From positions 1-62,295 of the forward strand of contig JAAYHC010000050.1 of the NCBI GenBank assembly GCA_012735535.1: DNA of 62,295 bases, given 5' to 3'. The notes beneath the pieces are model-generated. The model was given only the letters and a program-made list of their open reading frames with translations, made no database searches and was not told where the DNA came from. This document shows positions 26,186 to 37,071 of this stretch, one piece after another. Position 1 is the first letter of the stretch, and each line of letters opens with the position of its first letter. Position numbers and translations under genes: made by a program. The DNA is from Bacillota bacterium (GTDB lineage: Bacteria; Bacillota; UBA5301).

Positions 26186-27355
26186 GTGCTAGCATTGTAT
26201 AAGCTGGTTGCCACTTTCTCCAAAGCACTTGATCTATCGGACTTAAGAATTCTCAACCACTCGGAACGAGTCGCTTACATCGTTCTCAAATTAGCTAACA
26301 CGCTAGGCCTGCCCGAGGCTGAAAAAAACGCTGCCGTGTTGGCAGCATTAGTGCATGATATCGGAATCTCCTCGACGCACTGGCGGGTTGAATCACGTAG
26401 CCTGCGCCCACCGCAAAGTTTGATCACCGAACACTGTCTAGCAGGGGCCGAACTGCTCCGCAAAGTCAAGTCCCTGGCGCACCTGGCGGAGATTGTTCTC
26501 CACCATCACGACCTCTGGGACGAGGCAGCCGGTACCCCCAGAGCCGCACTCCTCATCCACATGGCCGACCGCGTCGAAGTACAGCTCCGCCCCGACCGTT
26601 ATATTCTCGGCCAGGTCGCCTCCATCACCGAACACCTCGACCAACTGGCACCGAACTTTTGGCCCTTGGCCTTGGCGGCGTTCCAAGAAATTAGCCGTAG
26701 CGAATCCTTTTGGCTCGATTTGGCAACCGGAAACTATGTCGAAGAGCTGACCGACTTTATCGAGAGAGCCGACAGCGCGGCCGAACAGCCCGACTTGGCG
26801 GAGATCGCCGGCTTATACGCGACCGTCATCGACCGTAAAAGCCCCTTTACCTCCCGGCATTCACGCGGTGTTGCCCAAGTCGCTCGCTGGTTAGCTGAGG
26901 CTGCCGGCCTTGGTCCGGATCAAGTCAAAGATATGCAGATCGCCGGACTCCTCCATGATCTGGGCAAATTAGCGGTTCCGGACGTGATCCTCGAGTTTCC
27001 CGGCCGGCTTTCCACGGAGCAAATGCTCGTGGTCAAGCAGCACACTTACCATACCTACCATTTACTCAGCGTGCTCACCGACCATCCCCATATCAAAGAA
27101 TGGGCGGCCTTTCATCATGAAAAGTTAAACGGCACCGGTTATCCGTTCAGGCTGGATGCCTCACAGCTCGATCTCGGCGCCAGAATTATGGCCGTCGCCG
27201 ATGTTTTTCAAGCGCTCCACGAAGACAGGCCTTATCGCCAAGGATTGAGCCTCGCGGAAATCACGCCAATCATGGCTAAGATGGCTGCCAACAATGAGAT
27301 CGATCGCGAGCTGACCGATTTACTCTTAACCTCTTATCCTGTAGACGAAAATTAA
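26186..27355 (+). CDS. tandem HD/HD-GYP cyclic-dinucleotide phosphodiesterase
   Basis: First domain degenerate (HSERV, VHDIG); second intact (HSRGV, LHDLGK, HHEKLNGTGYP, ADVFQAL..DRPYR). Confidence 0.88.
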   Translation: MLALYKLVATFSKALDLSDLRILNHSERVAYIVLKLANTLGLPEAEKNAAVLAALVHDIGISSTHWRVESRSLRPPQSLITEHCLAGAELLRKVKSLAHLAEIVLHHHDLWDEAAGTPRAALLIHMADRVEVQLRPDRYILGQVASITEHLDQLAPNFWPLALAAFQEISRSESFWLDLATGNYVEELTDFIERADSAAEQPDLAEIAGLYATVIDRKSPFTSRHSRGVAQVARWLAEAAGLGPDQVKDMQIAGLLHDLGKLAVPDVILEFPGRLSTEQMLVVKQHTYHTYHLLSVLTDHPHIKEWAAFHHEKLNGTGYPFRLDASQLDLGARIMAVADVFQALHEDRPYRQGLSLAEITPIMAKMAANNEIDRELTDLLLTSYPVDEN

Positions 27356-27356
27356 A

Positions 27357-28709
27357 CTAGAACAAACCGATCGCATTGGCAAAGATCAAGCCGATGGCGA
27401 GCGGAGCAATCGTCCGGACGAGGAAATACCAAACCTGAGCCATGCCGGTGGTCATACCCCCACCTTGTAACGCCTCGGCCAAGACATCTTCTTGCCGCAT
27501 ACGCCAGCCGACAAACAGAGCGGTCAAGAGTCCGCCCAGCGGGAGCAGGATATTCGAGGTCAAGTAATCCACCGCATCTAAGAAACTTAACCCAAACACC
27601 GTCAGATTAACGGCTCCTTGCGATAGAGCCGATGGTATCCCGGCGAGAAAAGCCAAGCCGCCCCAAACAACAGCAGCCTGGCGCCGCCCCCAGTCTTTCT
27701 CATCGACAAAATAGGCTACCACCGTTTCCAACAGCGAAATTGACGAAGTCAGTGCGGCGATCGCCAAGAGTAAGAAGAACAAGCAGGCAAAGAACTGACC
27801 GAGCGGCATCTGCGCAAAAATCGCCGGCAAGGTGATAAAGACCAAGCCCGGGCCGGCACCTGGTTCGATGCCAAAGGCGAAAGCCGCCGGGAAAATGACC
27901 AGACCCGCCAGTAACGCTACAAGGGTATCAATTAGCCCAACCTGACCGGCAGTCTTGACCAGACTGTCTTGGCGGGAAATATAACTGCCGTAAGTAATCA
28001 TGCAGCCCATCCCCAGGCTCAAGGAGAAAAACATCTGTCCCAAAGCAGCTAAAACCGATTTGCCGGTCAACGCGGAAAAATCAGGCTGCAAGTAATAAGC
28101 GATGCCCGGGTGCGAACCAGGCAGGGTTAAACTCCGGATCACCAGGATGATTACCAGAATAAAGAGACCGGGCATTAAGATCTTACTCCACTTTTCAATC
28201 CCCTCTTGTACCCCTGCCGCAACGATATAGACCGTGAGAGCCATAAACAGCAAGTGCCAGAAAAGAGGCGCCCAGGTGCCGCCGATGAACTCTGTAAATA
28301 AAGCGGCAGCTCCCTCCGGGTTCAACCCGCTTAACGCCCCCAAGAGTGAAGTTACGGCATAGCGCAATACCCAACCGGCAACTACGCTATAGAACGAAAG
28401 AATCAAGAACCCGGCGACCACCCCTGATATCCCCGGTATAACCCAGGCTGTCCCCGGAGCTAGCTCGCGAAAGGCGCCCCCCGGATTGCGGGTGGTCTTC
28501 CGGCCCACCACAAACTCGGTCATGATGAGCGGAATTCCAATCAGCAATACAAACGCTAGGTAAAGCAAGACGAAAGCCGCCCCGCCATTGGCACCGACCA
28601 AATATGGAAACTTCCAGATATTACCCAGTCCAACGGCTGAGCCGGCCGCGGCCAAAACCGCTCCCAGACGCGATTTCCACTGACTTCTCGCTGCTTGTGC
28701 TAATTCCAT
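27357..28709 (-). CDS. NSS/SNF-family sodium-dependent transporter
   Basis: WKSRLGAVLAAAGSAVGLGNIWKFPY, GQMFFSLSLGMG; ATG 28709 follows SD GGGGGAG. Confidence 0.94.
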   Translation of the reverse strand: MELAQAARSQWKSRLGAVLAAAGSAVGLGNIWKFPYLVGANGGAAFVLLYLAFVLLIGIPLIMTEFVVGRKTTRNPGGAFRELAPGTAWVIPGISGVVAGFLILSFYSVVAGWVLRYAVTSLLGALSGLNPEGAAALFTEFIGGTWAPLFWHLLFMALTVYIVAAGVQEGIEKWSKILMPGLFILVIILVIRSLTLPGSHPGIAYYLQPDFSALTGKSVLAALGQMFFSLSLGMGCMITYGSYISRQDSLVKTAGQVGLIDTLVALLAGLVIFPAAFAFGIEPGAGPGLVFITLPAIFAQMPLGQFFACLFFLLLAIAALTSSISLLETVVAYFVDEKDWGRRQAAVVWGGLAFLAGIPSALSQGAVNLTVFGLSFLDAVDYLTSNILLPLGGLLTALFVGWRMRQEDVLAEALQGGGMTTGMAQVWYFLVRTIAPLAIGLIFANAIGLF

Positions 28710-28735
28710 AGTTCGACTCCCCCACTCGGCTAGAT

Positions 28736-30538
28736 TTAGTTTTCCTCGTAAATCTCGCCAAGACAAGCCTCGGCTCCCCGCAAAAAGGTTGCATAGCCCC
28801 ACGGGTTCTCGGCAGCTTCAGTAAAGTATAGTCTGATAGTCGTCTTAATTTGCTCACGAAAAGCTTTAGCTACCGTCGGTCTCCACCGGCTGAGGCTGGC
28901 CAGGTTAAATAAGGTTTGGCCCAGTCCCGAAGGCAAGGCCTCGTCCAAATCATCCTTGGGCATAACCGGTAGCCCGGCCGCACGTTCAGCCATCCGGAAA
29001 CCGCCCTCCTGCGGAACGTAAAACCTGGCAAATTGGCTGGTTTGCCACTTCAGCGCCTGCTCCAAATAGCTTTCGTCATGTGTAGTCTCATACAAAGCTA
29101 AGAGCGCGGCGATCAACTGGGCGTAATCCGCGCAAAACCCCGGCACCTCCGATCTACCCGCCAGATAACTGCGGCTGAGGGAGTGGTCCGGAGCTGTCAA
29201 TTTCTCGAGAAGAAAACGCATCCCTTGTTGGGCGGCCGCCAGGTACCGTGCGTTGTCAAAAACAGCCGCAGCCTGGGCTAGAGCCTTGATCATTAAGCCA
29301 TTCCACCCGGCGATGACTTTTTCATCGCGCAAAGGCCGCCGGCGCTGCTCGCGGAGAGCCAACAAGCGACCGACTGCAGGTAACAGGGACTCCGGCACCG
29401 GTCCGGTCTGGGTGCGGTGCAGGACCGAATGCCCGTGCTCAAAATTGCCTGTCTCTGTAACCCCGAAATATGCTTTGATCCGGTCGGCCTCGGCAGCGGG
29501 AAAGTGGGCGTCGATCTCCTCGGCGGTCCAGAGATAATACAGTCCCTCTCTACCGGCCACATCAGCATCTAAGCTCGTGAAAAACTCGCCGAGCTCACCG
29601 CTAAACTCGCGCAGAACAAATTCTGCCGTCTGTCGGCAGGCTTGGGCGATGGTCTTGTTTCCCGTAGCCAGGGTTACCCGGGACATCAGATCCAAGAGCA
29701 GCGCATTGTCGTACAGCATCTTTTCAAAGTGAGGAATTAGCCAAGCTTCATCGGTAGCATACCGATGAAACCCGCCGCCCAACTGATCATAAATACCGCC
29801 GGCGATCATCTTTTCGAGGGTGAACTCAACCGCCGCTTTGTGTTGTGGCACCGGCGAGGACCATAATAGTTCCAACTGCGGCACGGCTGGAAATTTCGGA
29901 GCCCCCAGCAGTCCGCCGTGCTTGGAATCAAAGTAGCGATAGATATTCTCCCGCGCAGCTTTGACCACCGATGGTATTCGGCTGACCAAATCGATGTCTT
30001 CCTGCGCTGGGCGGACCGTCAGCGATTCAACGACCGCTTCGGTCAATTGCTCAGCCAGCGATTCAAGCTCCTCCGGCTTGGTGCGATAAGCCTCACCGAG
30101 CCGACGGACTAGTTCGCCAAAGCCCGGATAGCCGTGGCGCGCTACCGGTGGAAAATAGGTCCCGGCATAGAAAGGTTTGGCCTCCGGGGTGAGAAAAACG
30201 GTCAGCGGCCAGCCCCCTTGACGCGTTAGTATGCGGCAAGCCTCTTGATAGACCCGGTCGATCTCGGGACGCTCCTCCCGATCGACCTTGATATTCACGA
30301 AATATTCATTCATGAGCCGGGCAATCTCCGGATCTTCGAAGGACTCATGGGCCATGACATGACACCAGTGGCAGCTGCTGTAGCCACAGCTGAGTAGGAT
30401 GGGTTTTCGCTCCTCAAGGGCCTTAGCCAATGCTTCCGCTCCCCAGGGGTACCAATCTACGAGGTTTTGTGCATGCTGCAACAGATAGGGGGATCGTTCG
30501 CGGGCTAATCTATTCGTCCGGCTGGCGGGTTTCGGCAT
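28736..30538 (-). CDS. yyaL: YyaL/SPATA20 thioredoxin-domain (DUF255) protein
   Basis: [46 protein letters not shown]. Confidence 0.9.
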   Translation of the reverse strand: MPKPASRTNRLARERSPYLLQHAQNLVDWYPWGAEALAKALEERKPILLSCGYSSCHWCHVMAHESFEDPEIARLMNEYFVNIKVDREERPEIDRVYQEACRILTRQGGWPLTVFLTPEAKPFYAGTYFPPVARHGYPGFGELVRRLGEAYRTKPEELESLAEQLTEAVVESLTVRPAQEDIDLVSRIPSVVKAARENIYRYFDSKHGGLLGAPKFPAVPQLELLWSSPVPQHKAAVEFTLEKMIAGGIYDQLGGGFHRYATDEAWLIPHFEKMLYDNALLLDLMSRVTLATGNKTIAQACRQTAEFVLREFSGELGEFFTSLDADVAGREGLYYLWTAEEIDAHFPAAEADRIKAYFGVTETGNFEHGHSVLHRTQTGPVPESLLPAVGRLLALREQRRRPLRDEKVIAGWNGLMIKALAQAAAVFDNARYLAAAQQGMRFLLEKLTAPDHSLSRSYLAGRSEVPGFCADYAQLIAALLALYETTHDESYLEQALKWQTSQFARFYVPQEGGFRMAERAAGLPVMPKDDLDEALPSGLGQTLFNLASLSRWRPTVAKAFREQIKTTIRLYFTEAAENPWGYATFLRGAEACLGEIYEEN

Positions 30539-30620
30539 CCAATTACCTCCGCTCGGCATGAAGCCTGATTTATTTGTTATTATTCCCGCTTAACGATCCC
30601 TATCCTTGGTCATCTTCTAC

Positions 30621-32447
30621 TTACGAGGCGTGGCTGGAACGCCGTTTTTTCTTATCCAAGACCGCTTTGCGCATTCTGATACTCTTGGGAGTAACCTCGA
30701 CCAACTCATCCTCAGCGATGAACTCCAGCGCATCTTCGAGGCTCATCTGCTTCGGAGCATCGAGCTTAACGGTGATTTCTGCGGTGGATGAACGCATATT
30801 GGTTACATGTTTCTTCTTGGCGATATTCACATCCATATCCTGCGGACGCGAGTTAGCTCCAATGATCATGCCTTCGTACACTTCCACACCGGGTTCGATG
30901 AATAATGTGCCGCGTTCCTGGATCGAGGTAATCGCATAAGCTGTAGCCACACCTTGTTCCCAAGCGATCAAGGCTCCATTGTTCCGGCCTTCGATCGGTC
31001 CCCGGTGTGATCCATACCCGTAAAAGCTGTAATAGATCACACCTTTGCCGTTGGTCAAGGTGAGGAACTTGCCGTTGAAGCCGATGAGGCCGCGGGTCGG
31101 GATGATAAAATCAAGCTTGACCCGGCCTTCGCCGAAGGGGGTCATGTTTTGCATTTCCCCTTTGCGTCGGCCTACCTCCTCCATCACCGCTCCGACATAC
31201 TCTTGCGGCAAGTCGATGGTCAGCAACTCCAGCGGTTCTTCCAGCCCGTTAGGTCCCTGCTTGGTGATGGCCTCCGGTTTGGAAATCGCCAGCTCATACC
31301 CTTCCCGGCGCATCTTTTCGATTAAAATTGACAGATGGAGCTCACCGCGCCCGGAGACCCGGAAGACATCCGGCGCATCGGTCTCTTGCACGCGCAAGGC
31401 CACATCTTTAACCTGTTCCTTGAAGAGTCTCTCCCGTAAATGGCGGGAGGTCAAATACTTGCCTTCCCGACCGGCAAAGGGGCTGTCGTTGACCCGGAAC
31501 AACATCGTCAGGGTCGGCTCATCCACCGTAAGCGGCGGCAAAGCCCGCGGATTGTCAGGATCGGTGATCGTATCGCCGATCGCAATATCCTCCAGCCCGG
31601 CCAGGGCCAAGATATCGCCGGCAACTACCTCCTGGGCGGGCACGCGGCGTAGACTTTCAAAGGTATATAGTTGCGCCGCTTTACCCAGCACAAACTTATC
31701 CGCACCACCACGGACTATCGCGACCCTACTTCCCTGGCGCAGGACTCCGTTTTCGACCCGACCAATGGCCAGCCGACCTACATAGTCGTCATAATCAAGA
31801 TTGGTCACCAAGACCTGTAACGGCCGGCTAGGATCCCCTTGCGGAGCAGGTACATGGCCTACGATAACCTCCAATAAGTCTTGCAGATTACCGTTACCTG
31901 CGCTAAGCTGCTCTAAAGCCTTATCCAAATCGAGGCTTGCTACGCCGGCAATACCCGAAGCATAAACTACCGGAAAATCCAACTGCTCGTCATCGGCCCC
32001 CAGCGCCAAGAAGAGCTCAAAGACTTCATCAAGTACCTGTGCCGGACGGGCAAACTGCCGGTCAATTTTGTTGACGACTACAATTGGCTTAAGCCCCCGC
32101 TCCAAAGCCTTTTTTAGCACAAAACGGGTTTGCGGCATCGGTCCCTCCACGGCATCGACAACCAACAGGGCCCCATCTACCATGGTGAGCACCCGTTCAA
32201 CCTCTCCGCTAAAATCGGCATGGCCGGGGGTATCAACAATATTAATCTTGTAGCCGCGATAAAAAACGGCCGTGTTCTTGGCCAAAATGGTAATGCCCCG
32301 TTCCCTTTCCAGGTCAAACGAGTCGAGAACGCGCTCGTTAACCGCCTGATTCTCGCGGAAGACCCCTGATTGTTTGAGAATGCCATCGACCAAAGTTGTC
32401 TTCCCGTGGTCAACATGCGCAATAATCGCGATATTTCTTAGTTCCAT
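30621..32447 (-). CDS. typA: translational GTPase TypA/BipA
   Basis: [40 protein letters not shown]. Confidence 0.97.
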   Translation of the reverse strand: MELRNIAIIAHVDHGKTTLVDGILKQSGVFRENQAVNERVLDSFDLERERGITILAKNTAVFYRGYKINIVDTPGHADFSGEVERVLTMVDGALLVVDAVEGPMPQTRFVLKKALERGLKPIVVVNKIDRQFARPAQVLDEVFELFLALGADDEQLDFPVVYASGIAGVASLDLDKALEQLSAGNGNLQDLLEVIVGHVPAPQGDPSRPLQVLVTNLDYDDYVGRLAIGRVENGVLRQGSRVAIVRGGADKFVLGKAAQLYTFESLRRVPAQEVVAGDILALAGLEDIAIGDTITDPDNPRALPPLTVDEPTLTMLFRVNDSPFAGREGKYLTSRHLRERLFKEQVKDVALRVQETDAPDVFRVSGRGELHLSILIEKMRREGYELAISKPEAITKQGPNGLEEPLELLTIDLPQEYVGAVMEEVGRRKGEMQNMTPFGEGRVKLDFIIPTRGLIGFNGKFLTLTNGKGVIYYSFYGYGSHRGPIEGRNNGALIAWEQGVATAYAITSIQERGTLFIEPGVEVYEGMIIGANSRPQDMDVNIAKKKHVTNMRSSTAEITVKLDAPKQMSLEDALEFIAEDELVEVTPKSIRMRKAVLDKKKRRSSHAS

Positions 32448-32501
32448 TGAAGCGATCCCTCTGTCTACTCGTAAAAGATAAGAAAAATTTTAGCACGTCC
32501 G

Positions 32502-32511
32502 GGGCAAAATA
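32502..32511 (+). promoter_or_regulatory. sigma-F/G-like -10 element immediately before the DUF421 gene
   Basis: GGGCAAAATA fits GGnnAnAHTR; the -35 is weak; no SD before ATG 32517. Confidence 0.35.
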
Positions 32512-32516
32512 GCTAT

Positions 32517-33218
32517 ATGCTAATCGTTTTCGTACGAGCGCTGCTTCTGTACCTAATTATAGTCATCGGTATGCGCATCATGGGTAAACGCCAAGTCGGA
32601 CAGCTCCAGCCGTTCGAGTTCGTCCTCGCTTTGCTATTAGCCGATTTAGCGGCGGTTCCGATGCAAAATAAGGAAATACCGTTGATTAATGGGTTTATTC
32701 CCATCTTTGGCCTGTTATTTGTCCAAGTATTTCTGGCCTTTCTCAATCTAAAGAGCCAGACCGCGCGGGCCATCGTCTGTGGTAAACCCAGCATCGTCAT
32801 CGAAAACGGGATCATCCAGGCTAAAACCTTAGCCGGTCTCAATTACAATATCAATGACTTGTTGGAACAGCTCCGCAGCCAAGGTTATCCGAACTTAGCC
32901 GAGGTCGAGGCGGCTATTCTGGAAACCAACGGCCAACTCAGCGTCGTCCCCAAAGCCCAGTATCGCCCGCTGCGCCCGGCGGATCTGGGCATTCCGGTCA
33001 ATGTCGAGGGCTTCCCATTGACCCTGATCATCGATGGGGTAGTCGACCACCGCTCCTTGAAAAAGGCCGGCAAAGACTGGGAGTGGCTCCTCGCCGAAAT
33101 CCGCAAGCATGGTGGACAAGATCCGACCGATGTGCTCTATGCCTCGCTCAGCAGCACCGGGGATGTCTTCTGCCAACTTCATTACGATAAAACCAAGCGT
33201 GGTGATGATGGTGCGTAA
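32517..33218 (+). CDS. DUF421/YetF-family membrane protein
   Basis: MRIMGKRQVGQLQPFEFV, LRSQGY, AILETNGQLSVVPK. Confidence 0.92.
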   Translation: MLIVFVRALLLYLIIVIGMRIMGKRQVGQLQPFEFVLALLLADLAAVPMQNKEIPLINGFIPIFGLLFVQVFLAFLNLKSQTARAIVCGKPSIVIENGIIQAKTLAGLNYNINDLLEQLRSQGYPNLAEVEAAILETNGQLSVVPKAQYRPLRPADLGIPVNVEGFPLTLIIDGVVDHRSLKKAGKDWEWLLAEIRKHGGQDPTDVLYASLSSTGDVFCQLHYDKTKRGDDGA

Positions 33219-33591
33219 ACTCTTGATTTTGTCCGCAATTGTACTGGTTTTTCTGGTGGGTAGCTTCTGGATTCAGGAGGCCCTGGATCAGTCATCCCAA
33301 GAGCTGCTGAAGCAGGTGGCTGCGGTCATGGAGCTCACAGCCGCCGGAGATTGGTCCGGCGCCGTACTGGCTTTCCAAAACCTCTTTGATCACTGGTTCA
33401 CTTTACAAGAATGGTGGGCGCTCGTAACCGACCATGAGGAGATTGACGAAATCTCCCGCGCCATGCACAAGGTTTCAGCCTTATTGGCCAATCAAGACCT
33501 CGCCGCCGTACAGGCGGAGCTGTCGGCTTTAACCTATCTCATCGGACACATTCCTCAAAAAGAGCGCCTGACCCTGACCACTCTCTTTTAA
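33205..33591 (+). CDS. DUF4363-family protein
   Basis: N-terminal TM, W..LVTDHEEIDEI, HIPQKERLTLTTLF; usual partner of DUF421. Confidence 0.8.
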   Translation: MMVRKLLILSAIVLVFLVGSFWIQEALDQSSQELLKQVAAVMELTAAGDWSGAVLAFQNLFDHWFTLQEWWALVTDHEEIDEISRAMHKVSALLANQDLAAVQAELSALTYLIGHIPQKERLTLTTLF

Positions 33592-33708
33592 GTTCCGATT
33601 CGCCCACTTGGCAATTCTTACGCACAAGCGCAAATCTTTACTCGCAGCTATAACACGGCATTCGCACAACATATATAGTACCACGCATTCTACTCTAGGA
33701 GGATTTTA

Positions 33709-35367
33709 ATGACTGACTATGACTCACCGCCCCGCGTCGCCTACTTTTGTATGGAATACGGGTTACACGAATCATTTCCGATCTATGCCGGTGGCCTTGG
33801 GGTGTTGGCCGGCGACCTCTTAAAAGCGGCCCGGGACTTAAGCCTGCCGCTGGTCGGAATCGGGATCTTATGGCGCGAAGGATATACCAGCCAATTTATC
33901 GGTGAGGGTGACTGGCCATATGATACTTTTCCGCCAACCGACACCTCCGTACTTCAGGATACGGGCGTCCAAGTTGAAGTTTCCGTCTATGATAAACCGG
34001 TCCCGGTAAAAGTTTGGAAAACGCAGGCCTTTGGTAATGCGCCCCTCTATCTTTTAGACACCGATCTACCGGGGAGCGATTTCGGCTGGATTACCAGGCG
34101 GCTTTACGGCGGATCGAGCCATGACCGGATCGCCCAAGAAATCGTCCTTGGCATCGGCGGAGTGAGAGCCATCCGCGCCCTAGATTTAAGTATCGAGGTT
34201 TTCCATTTCAATGAAGGGCATGCGGTCTTAGCCGGACTGGAGCTTATCCGGGAAAAGATGCAGGCCGGAGCCTCATTCGCGGAAGCATGGGAGCAAACCC
34301 GGAACGAAATTGTCTTCACGACTCATACCCCCGTCATGGCCGGCAATGAAAGCCATGCTCTCGACCTCTTGCAGCAACTCGGTGCTCATAACGGGTTTAC
34401 CCGCGAACAGCTGGTGCAAATTGGCGGTGATCCCTTCAACATGACCGTAGCCGGCCTCCGCCTCTCCCATCTGGCCAATGGGGTTTCCAAATTGCACGGG
34501 TTAACCGCGCGAGCGATGTGGCAGGATGTCACCGAGCATGCGCCGATTCTCGCCATCACCAACGGAGTGCACCAGCGCACCTGGCAAAACCAGGAGATCA
34601 GACAGGCCTATGAGAATAATCAGGATCTCTGGGAGCCTCACCAACGTGCCAAAAAGGCCCTGCTCGCTGAGGTCAAAAGGCTGACGGGTGTTAACTTAAA
34701 CCCAGAAAACCTTCTTATTGGCTTCGCCCGCCGCGCAGCTCCGTACAAGCGGAGTGATCTCATTTTCACCAGGCCGGAAATAATCGAGCCTCTCTTAGAA
34801 GAGCAACGGATCCAACTGCTCTTTTCCGGAAAAGCCCACCCGCAAGATCACGCCGGCAAAGGAATCATTTCGCATATCGTGGGCATGAGCAGGAAATATC
34901 CGCAGAGCGTCGCTTTCCTTGAAAATTACAATATGCGGATCGGCCGGTTACTGACCAGCGGCTGTGATGTTTGGTTAAACAACCCCCAGCGGCCCCTGGA
35001 AGCTTCGGGTACCTCCGGGATGAAAGCCGCCCTTAACGGCGTCCTCAACTTAAGCATTCTTGATGGCTGGTGGCCCGAAGGCTGCTTGCATGGCGTAAAC
35101 GGTTGGCAGTTCGGCGGCGGCTACGCCGGGCCGGGTCAAGAGTCCCATGATTTGGTTTCCTTGCTGGATGTCCTGCTCAATGAGGTCATCCCCACTTATT
35201 ACCACGACCGGAGTAAATGGGTGCGGATGATGCGAGCCAGCATTGAGATGGCAACCGGTATGTTTTCCTCAGAACGGATGCTGCGCGAATACTACAACCT
35301 CTTGTACCAACCGGCTACAACCCATAAACGCTTGGCCGCCGAAGTGGAAAAAATCTCCCGCCACTAA
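33709..35367 (+). CDS. glgP: alpha-glucan (glycogen) phosphorylase
   Basis: VAYFCMEYG, YAGGLGVLAGD, HFNEGH, FARRAAPYKR, EASGTSGMKAALNG. Confidence 0.93.
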   Translation: MTDYDSPPRVAYFCMEYGLHESFPIYAGGLGVLAGDLLKAARDLSLPLVGIGILWREGYTSQFIGEGDWPYDTFPPTDTSVLQDTGVQVEVSVYDKPVPVKVWKTQAFGNAPLYLLDTDLPGSDFGWITRRLYGGSSHDRIAQEIVLGIGGVRAIRALDLSIEVFHFNEGHAVLAGLELIREKMQAGASFAEAWEQTRNEIVFTTHTPVMAGNESHALDLLQQLGAHNGFTREQLVQIGGDPFNMTVAGLRLSHLANGVSKLHGLTARAMWQDVTEHAPILAITNGVHQRTWQNQEIRQAYENNQDLWEPHQRAKKALLAEVKRLTGVNLNPENLLIGFARRAAPYKRSDLIFTRPEIIEPLLEEQRIQLLFSGKAHPQDHAGKGIISHIVGMSRKYPQSVAFLENYNMRIGRLLTSGCDVWLNNPQRPLEASGTSGMKAALNGVLNLSILDGWWPEGCLHGVNGWQFGGGYAGPGQESHDLVSLLDVLLNEVIPTYYHDRSKWVRMMRASIEMATGMFSSERMLREYYNLLYQPATTHKRLAAEVEKISRH

Positions 35368-36023
35368 TCTGAGTCATGCTGCTCCATTTGCCGGACCCGA
35401 CGGATTTTATACGCGCTAGGAATTAGGCCCACACCTAACACCAAGAGCAGGGCCCCCACCAAACGCGGGCTAAGCCCCTCATGGATAGTGCTGCCGAGAA
35501 AAGTGTAGAGCAAGGTGCCCGGAATTACACCGAGAATTGTCCCGAGAATAAAATCGCTGAATTTGATCTGCGACAACCCGGCGGCATAGCTGATGGCATC
35601 AAAGGGAAAGATCGGCAAGAGTCGCGTCAGAAAAATCAAGTACATCCCTTGCCCGTGCAAAGCTTGGCTCCACTTTTCCGTCCGCCCGGGCCAGATTTTG
35701 CGGATTAATTCCTGGCCAAAATAACGGGTCAGCGTAAAGGCGATAATGGCTCCGATCGTTGAACTGATCACCGTATAAACGGTTCCCAACAGCAATCCAA
35801 AGGCCAAGCCACCGACAATAGAGATCAAACCGGCGGGCACAAACAAGAGCGGGCGCAAGGAGGAAATAACGATAAACACCAAGGGAGCCAGCGCCCCAAA
35901 GGAGTTTAATAAGGACCTCAGCTTCTGTGGCTCAAGTTGCTCAACCCAGCCCGATCGATGAGCCCACAAAGCGAGCACACCGATGCCGATTAACAACAAG
36001 GCTGCTTTTAATTCGGATCGCAT
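35364..36023 (-). CDS. TVP38/TMEM64 (DedA superfamily) membrane protein
   Basis: GGLAFG..LG, RLLPIFPFDAISYAAGLS, GVIPGT. Confidence 0.9.
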   Translation of the reverse strand: MRSELKAALLLIGIGVLALWAHRSGWVEQLEPQKLRSLLNSFGALAPLVFIVISSLRPLLFVPAGLISIVGGLAFGLLLGTVYTVISSTIGAIIAFTLTRYFGQELIRKIWPGRTEKWSQALHGQGMYLIFLTRLLPIFPFDAISYAAGLSQIKFSDFILGTILGVIPGTLLYTFLGSTIHEGLSPRLVGALLLVLGVGLIPSAYKIRRVRQMEQHDSD

Positions 36024-36125
36024 TCGGGATACCTCGCGCAGTGACTACCCAATAGTCTATGCAATCCGAACCAAGAAGCAGCCGTTCTTGGTGTGGCAGA
36101 TATTCGTAAGTTTAGCTTGTTCTGT

Positions 36126-36608
36126 CTACCGAGGGATGAGAAGATATACCCCCGCGAGGATCAATAAGACCGGCCAGAACTCCAAATACCTGCGGTTTAA
36201 CCAATGAAAATTAATAGCCAGAAAAACCAGTGCAATGGTTAAGAGAAAAAATGCCGGCACCAACAGACCTTTATCCCGACCGGCCACGCGATAGGTGGCC
36301 AAAAAGGCCAGACCGACAATTCCAGGGAAGACCGGCCAAAGCAGATCCATGCTCCAAGGTAACAACCCCCACTGGCGAAGCAAAAAGAAGATCCCCACCC
36401 CGGTCAGGATAACCCCCGGCAAGATGCTGTTTTTGGCTGAAGTGCTCACAGCCAAGACGATCAAGAAGAGCCCCGGCGCAATGATGAAAAAGGGCCAAAT
36501 GCCCGCTTGATTTAGGCTCAACCAACCAAGATTAAGAGCTAAGAAAAAAGCGCCAATCAACATCAACAACAAGCCTAGGGCTTGGTTGCTCCGTGCTTGC
36601 TTGGACAA
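36126..36608 (-). CDS. LiaF-like/DUF5668-type repeat membrane protein
   Basis: Repeated (G.L)..WP...I..G..L units; TTG 36608 follows SD GGAGAGG. Confidence 0.7.
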   Translation of the reverse strand: MSKQARSNQALGLLLMLIGAFFLALNLGWLSLNQAGIWPFFIIAPGLFLIVLAVSTSAKNSILPGVILTGVGIFFLLRQWGLLPWSMDLLWPVFPGIVGLAFLATYRVAGRDKGLLVPAFFLLTIALVFLAINFHWLNRRYLEFWPVLLILAGVYLLIPR

Positions 36609-36725
36609 ATTCCACACCTCTCCTTTGCTCCACTTGCCCTCTTTTTTCTGTTTATTTTGATTCCGCAAACAGGAGTAAAAAGCCTTGTGCTCAGACATCA
36701 TAATTATCGATTGGAGGTGAGATTA

Positions 36726-36974
36726 GTGGCCCATAGCCATGAGATTTACTGCACTGTTGACAATTGTCATTATTGGGGTCAAGGTAATCACTGCACCGCC
36801 AATGAAATCCTCGTCACTGCGGATTCCGTCGGTGCCACCATGCCGGATACTTTTGACGCCCCGCAAGCCGCAACGGCCAACACCACCCCGTGTGGGACTT
36901 GCATGGAAACATGCTGTAAGACCTTTGTGCCAAAAGGTTCGGATCAATACAATGTTGATAACGTCCTGAAATAG
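36726..36974 (+). CDS. DUF1540 cysteine-rich protein
   Basis: IYCTVDNCHYW..NHCTANEILV..TCCKTF; SD GGAGGTG; upstream GAGTA-N18-CATCATA resembles a sigma-G promoter. Confidence 0.82.
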   Translation: MAHSHEIYCTVDNCHYWGQGNHCTANEILVTADSVGATMPDTFDAPQAATANTTPCGTCMETCCKTFVPKGSDQYNVDNVLK

Positions 36975-37071
36975 TCGGCAGGGAGGGCACGGCAGGTGCC
37001 CTCAAACTTTAGCAGGGTTGGGCAAGCCTTCTGTCGAAAGCTGATATATCATTGTTGCAGGTGAAGAAAGA

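Noticed and set aside
26104-26256. N-terminal extension of the PpaX ORF to 26256
   Set aside because: It overlaps the HD-GYP gene and contains the ppaX promoter itself
31045-31785. 246-aa antisense ORF inside typA
   Set aside because: Shadow frame of a GC-rich conserved gene; no SD, no recognisable motif
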